A stretch of DNA of 64,000 nucleotides. Origin: Bugula neritina (Eukaryota > Animalia > Bryozoa). Location: positions 4,909,628 to 4,973,627 of the forward strand of contig OZ037771.1 of NCBI GenBank assembly GCA_964035545.1, written 5' to 3'. The notes beneath the pieces are model-generated. The model was not told the DNA's origin, made no database searches, and was given only the letters and a program-made list of their open reading frames with translations. A program made the position numbers and the translations under genes. Shown here piece by piece: positions 59,023-64,000 of this stretch. Within the stretch, counting starts at the first letter, position 1, and the number at the start of each line of letters is the position of its first letter.

Positions 59023-60199
59023 CTGGCAAAAAATTTCAATTTTTGGTTTTTCAAAATTTAACCTTCATTTACTAGACTTCATGAATGCCGCCAAGTTCCC
59101 GGTTTTGTCGCGAGGGGTCACATATTATATCTAATATTATTGTTTAATCAAATTAGTATTGAAACTAGTTTGAACGATATGAAATTACAGCAAGAAATTT
59201 CTTTTTGGTTAACAATCACTACAAATTAAAAATTATTCTCTCATAGAAATTGAAGTTCATGCCACTTTAGAAAAAATATCATTCCAAAATAAATAGCAAA
59301 AACAACATATGCATAGTTTAAAGATAGCTCAATCAATGTACGTATTGCGAAAATGTTAACACAGAGTTTTTATCTGATATTTGACATCCATGGCTATCAT
59401 TTTGTAATGTTATATGTAGTATATATGTTAATAGAATAAAAATGGTTGAAGGTACCCCACCAGCATCATATAGTCTGACATGAGCTAGCTCCTGGAAGAG
59501 TCCTAGACACAACTAATATGGAAACTTGAGCAGCTTCCACTATTGTAATTACTTTGTGTTAATTTAATCTGCTTTGCTGTATGTCTTCCCTATCAATTCT
59601 TGTTATCCTCATATTCTACTAGGCCTGTATTTATTGCATTAATGCTCTAACATTGTTAGAGCTACACCTGCTTAACAAGTTAGAGGTTACTTTCAGTACA
59701 GTTTTCTATGCCAATAGCTTCAATAGAAGATAAATCCTAAAAGCTTGAGTTTTCAGTTTTCATGAGAGCATAACTCCTTCTTACTAAATATTTTAAAGCT
59801 CAAAATGTTTTAAAAAAGCTACAACTGCATCATATTATACTGGCAAACTTTTTATTGAAAACAGAAAACTGATAAAAAATGCAAAAAGTTTAGTGAATAT
59901 CAGCCATTGGTCGAATAAAAATATAACATAATTATATAATATGTACAGAAAAAACAATTACATTATTTGCATTTATATACCATGGAATGTTCAAATGAGA
60001 TAACATAATACAACATAGAATGCAAATGTTATATTTGCATAGCAACTGCTACATGCTTTTCCCGTTTGCAGAAGCACACTTTATTAAGATACCCAAAGTA
60101 GCTAGAATATCTATAGAAGTAGCTAAAAATATCTATAGGCGCAGCTACAATGTCACTACTATATCTAAGAATAGAAAAAGTGCGAGTGATAAGAATCTG

Positions 60200-63100
60200 C
60201 TACAACAAGACTCCAGTGTTACATTTGAACGCCAATTCTACTAAACTTTCACTGACGGAGTCATGGTGGCACACATAGAACTCTCTCCTGGTCGGCCGCA
60301 GAAGGCAGCGTCTGAAACAAGCAGCATTAGGAGATAAAGTAAACTAGAAGGGCTACTCAGGGTGAGAAATGCGGCACAGAGAGATAGGCTGAGTTCACAA
60401 ATCAGATAACATATTTCAGCAGCAAAAAATGTAGAGGGTAGGAAATGGTAAAGCTATTTATTTTCTAACTATCAATTTATCCAATAATAGAATAATAAAT
60501 ACTCTGTAATGATGACATATAAATTAGACGGAAATAATATACAAAATAGATACTTTTGTTTTTTTACCCAGGCCTAATACTTCACCTTAAAGCAATTAGT
60601 TTAATCTAAAAACAAGCATAAAATAATCAGAAATGTTTTTTTTAGTTTGTGGAGTATTGGGTTGTTGTTTAAAAAGAACTCAACAAAATAAAACTGACCC
60701 AATGACCCAGTAGCTGTTAGACTTCTTAGAAGGGCTGGCGGACGAGATGGTGAACAAGGCTCCGTGTTCTTGGACCATCGAGATTTCTGGCTCCTGAAAA
60801 AGAACCAGCCTCTAAGCAATGTGAGCAATGAAGATGTCTCGGGTAAATATTTTATAATTACAAATGTATCGGCACTTTAGCAGCTTTTCAAAGCAAAGGT
60901 AACGTAACATCAAACAAGAGTCTAATGTAAAATCATTCATTCAATTGTAAGTTTCATTTTTACTTCATGGAAGCGAAATTTTAAATCTAAAACAAATACT
61001 TTGAGTTGAAATCAAACCGTAGGGTTGTCCAGAGACATAACTAACCCCTGCATCGAGACTTTGCTGAAAGAGATCTCTGATACTCATACAAGTAGTATAG
61101 AATGTACTGAGTAGTTGCCTGTGTTCCACGGAATCATCTGTCATCAGCTCATTGAGGGTGGGGCAGACAACCACCCCTAATATTGAATCAAAGCTCATGT
61201 AATTGAATAAGGTGTTTCCGTCTCCAGAGGTCAGCCTACAAAGTTCAGATGAAGTAAATATAGCGGAATTCATTCCTGAGGGTTTGAATAAATTGTTTGT
61301 ATATCTTTATTAGTTTATCACTTGTATTGGAGTTATGCCTCTGGATTGAGGTCTGAATTGAAATGCTGAATTTGAAGACTGCAAAAGAGTGTTAGCATAG
61401 GACATCTTCCGAAACTACCAGGAGAGTACATAACTCTAAATAATTAAAAATTAACACATTGTAAAGAGCTGTTCACAGGATATTTAGACGCACATTCAAA
61501 GGGAAGCTAGAAAATGAAAACTTTTAACATAATATGCTGTAATGAAAATACAGAGTTTCATAAAAATTCAATAATTTAGTCATAAGATTTACGAGTTTAA
61601 AAATAATAATGTGTAAATATGATCAATGTAATAATGTAATGTATAACAAAGTATAATAAGTGACTTATAGTATAACATGTACTGTATAGTATAACATGTA
61701 CTGTATGGTATAACATGTACTGTATAGTATAACATGTACTGTATAGTATAACATGTACTGTATAGTATAACACGTACTGTATAGTATAACATGTACTGTA
61801 TAGTATAACACGCACTGTATAGTATAACATGTACTGTATAGTATAACATGTACTGTATACTGTATAGTATAACATGTACTGTATAGTATAACATGTACTG
61901 TATAGTATAACATGTACTGTATAGTATAACATATACTGTATAGTATAACACGTACTGTATGGTATAACATGTACGGTATAGTATAACACGTATTGTATAG
62001 TATAACATGTACTGTATAGTATCACATGTAATGTATAGTATAACATGTACTGTATAGTATAACATGTGCTGTATAGTATAAAATTTACTGTATAGTATAA
62101 CATGTACGGTATAGTATAACACGTACTGTATAGTATAACATGTACTGTATAGTATAACATATACTGTATAGTATAACATGTACTGTATAGTATAACACGT
62201 ACTGTATAGTATAACACGTATTGTATAGTATAACATGTACTGTATAGTATAACATATACTGTATAGTATAACATGTACTGTATAGTATAACATATACTGT
62301 ATAGTATAACATGTACTGTATAGTATAACATGTACTGTATAGTATAACATGTACTGTATAGTATAACATGTACTGTATAGTATAATAGGAATGATTGGCT
62401 ACAGTAACTCACATGAATGAATTCTCTTTGTATGCAGAGTTAATATTCAAAGCATCAGATGTGTTTTCCTTCCTAGAATTGAGTTCTGGGTTAGCTATCA
62501 TACGACTCGTTGACTTAGAAGTCCTGCTGCCACTTTTATACAACTGATTCACGCTGTTGGCTGACTCGGCACTTCCTGTTGAGGCTAAACTCATATTACG
62601 AGAGCGAAGAAAGCCCGGGGTCTCGCTATTGGGAGTAGGGGGCGGGCTGGACCCACTACCATATGATTGAGCATCTACCTCAGCCCCCGGTCTATCTAGT
62701 GATGCCATGAATCCCACTGAAATATACAATAATATACATAAGGGAGCAGCTATGGTCTAGGGGGGTAAAGCCTTTGGAAAATGGTAAACTTGTGCTCATG
62801 GGTTTAAACCCTAGTGAAGGCCATTGGTGATGCTAAGAAAGAGCACCCAGTCATAAGAGTTTCTGTGTCTCATCTGCATAAGTTTTTAGCCGGTTTTAAA
62901 GAAAAACCTTTTCATCAGGGGTTTTTCACAGGGATAGTGACTATAAACTTGCGTGAGTTTACATATCGGGATCCATGAAACCAAAAATAATATTCATAAT
63001 CAAATATACAGTATGATGCTACAACTAGATGCCGCAGTATATAACCAGATTGTAGATATAGTACCCTGTAATGTTTTACACAGATAGTGTTTAATTCATT

Positions 63101-63951
63101 ACTCACAGCAAGAAAAACTTTACAGCTTTCTCTTAGCTGGGTGTCAATTCAGAACAGGGATGGTATTAGCTCTGGGCTGATAGTATAGGATAGTAATAAC
63201 AAAGGTAATAAATAATATTATATTTGTAGAATAATAAAGTACAAGCATAATAATAAAATATTGAATAAATAATAAATATATTCATTACTAACCAGAAGTG
63301 GCAGAGCTGTTCAAATCCAGAGACTGCTTTAGTTTGACTTTGTTTGTCCCGGCACTTGCCCTTCTCATGAAATCTGTAGCAGTTGTACCTGCCTTGCTGA
63401 GAATTCCTGTGAGGGTAGCATAGTATGAATTATAGATAGCATAGTATAAAGTATAGAGTTAGATTAGTACAAAGTATAGAAATGGAATAGTATAAAGTAT
63501 AGATAGAATAGTATAAAGTATAGATAGAAGAGTATAAAGTACATATATAGAATAGTATGAAGTATAGATAGCATAGCATAAAGTATATATATTGAATAGT
63601 ATGAAGTATAGATAGCATAGTATAAAGTATAGATAGCATAGTATAAAGTATAGATAGCATAGTATGAAGTATAGAGTGAAAATAGTATGAAGATGGTTTG
63701 GGACGTGGGGTGAACCCCTTTCATATTACACAAGTTATATTGAACAATTTCAGACTGCACCTTTAGCAATAGTAGCGGCAGCGGGTGCTGACTTCACGGG
63801 CTGCTGCAAGTTCTCCAGAGAGGTCAGTGGAGGTCGTGAAGATCTCAATTTTGTCTCACAGATCGAGCAGAAGTCAAATGTGTCGAGTTTTCTGAGAGTT
63901 TGACGCGCTTGGTTGACGAAGAATGTGTCGGCTACAGGGTGGCCCATGGCT
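60200..63951 (-). CDS. INTU: Protein inturned (CPLANE/planar cell polarity effector), 3' part; gene continues beyond the window
   Basis: Exons 63951-63761, 63406-63293, 62716-62413, 61235-61046, 60793-60699, 60311-60200 are in phase. Peptides LTSGDGNTLFNYM...CPTLNEL...CMSIRDLFQQSL, EHGALF...YWVIGR and EFYVCHHDSVSESLVELAFK match the remembered C-terminal longin domain of INTU. Confidence 0.88.
61666..62385. repeat. 19-bp minisatellite (TATAACATGTACTGTATAG, ~37 copies) in an INTU intron
   Basis: Direct inspection; the stop-free minus strand explains the long MLYYTVHVILYSTCYTIQY pseudo-ORFs. Confidence 0.95.
62742..62960 (+). mobile_element. tRNA-derived SINE, copy 2 (INTU intron, antisense to the gene)
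   Basis: GGGAGCAGCTATGGTCTAGGGG head, degenerate B box GGTTTAAACC, AAGGCCATTGGTG core, CTATAAACTTGCGTGAGTTT tail shared with 6461-6660. Confidence 0.7.
63417..63692. repeat. 21-bp minisatellite (AGCATAGTATAAAGTATAGAT-type) in an INTU intron
   Basis: Direct inspection; ends ~10 nt from the acceptor at 63407. Confidence 0.85.
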
Positions 63952-64000
63952 CTGTACAGCATATCATATTACAGTATAGTGTGGTGTATTATACTAAAGT

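Larger units (their letters stand above)
46759..59122. mobile_element. Putative outer DNA transposon (unclassified) with imperfect ~30-bp TIRs, interrupted by two younger insertions
   Basis: Left ATATGTGACCTCCCACCACAAAACAGGGAG (46756-46785) versus reverse complement of right end ATATGTGACCCCTCGCGACAAAACCGGGAA (59096-59125): 24/30 identical, first 10 exact. Flanks allow a TA TSD (TGT..ACA ends) or an ATAT TSD. No intact transposase ORF. Confidence 0.55.

Noticed and set aside
61589-62412. Long minus-strand ORFs of 253 and 271 aa; CRISPR-like appearance
   Set aside because: Translations of a 19-bp head-to-tail minisatellite inside an INTU intron; no unique spacers, no cas genes, eukaryotic context.

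Overview
AT-rich, intron-containing animal genomic DNA (invertebrate-like; the species cannot be determined from the window). Five spliced protein-coding genes can be assembled from GT-AG sites and exon phases: an uncharacterised 4-exon gene (+, 4264-8461), PPM1L/PP2C-epsilon (+, 9304-12318), an acetylcholinesterase with a WAT (T-peptide) tail (+, 22386-29819), a GAB/DOS docking protein (-, 33809-42796) and the 3' part of inturned/INTU (-, 60200-63951). Between GAB and INTU lies a three-element transposon nest. An outer element with imperfect ~30-bp TIRs (46759-59122) contains (i) a 4.5-kb TIR element with a perfect 9-bp TSD (49541-54024) whose only recognisable cargo is a decayed, intron-containing USP-family deubiquitinase gene, and (ii) an intact Ty1/copia element with identical 274-bp LTRs (54379-59022). 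Also present are two copies of a tRNA-derived SINE, a hAT-type MITE and many micro/minisatellites, several of them hugging splice sites. The most novel candidate system is the deubiquitinase-carrying DNA transposon. All gene models and family calls were made by eye, without database searches.
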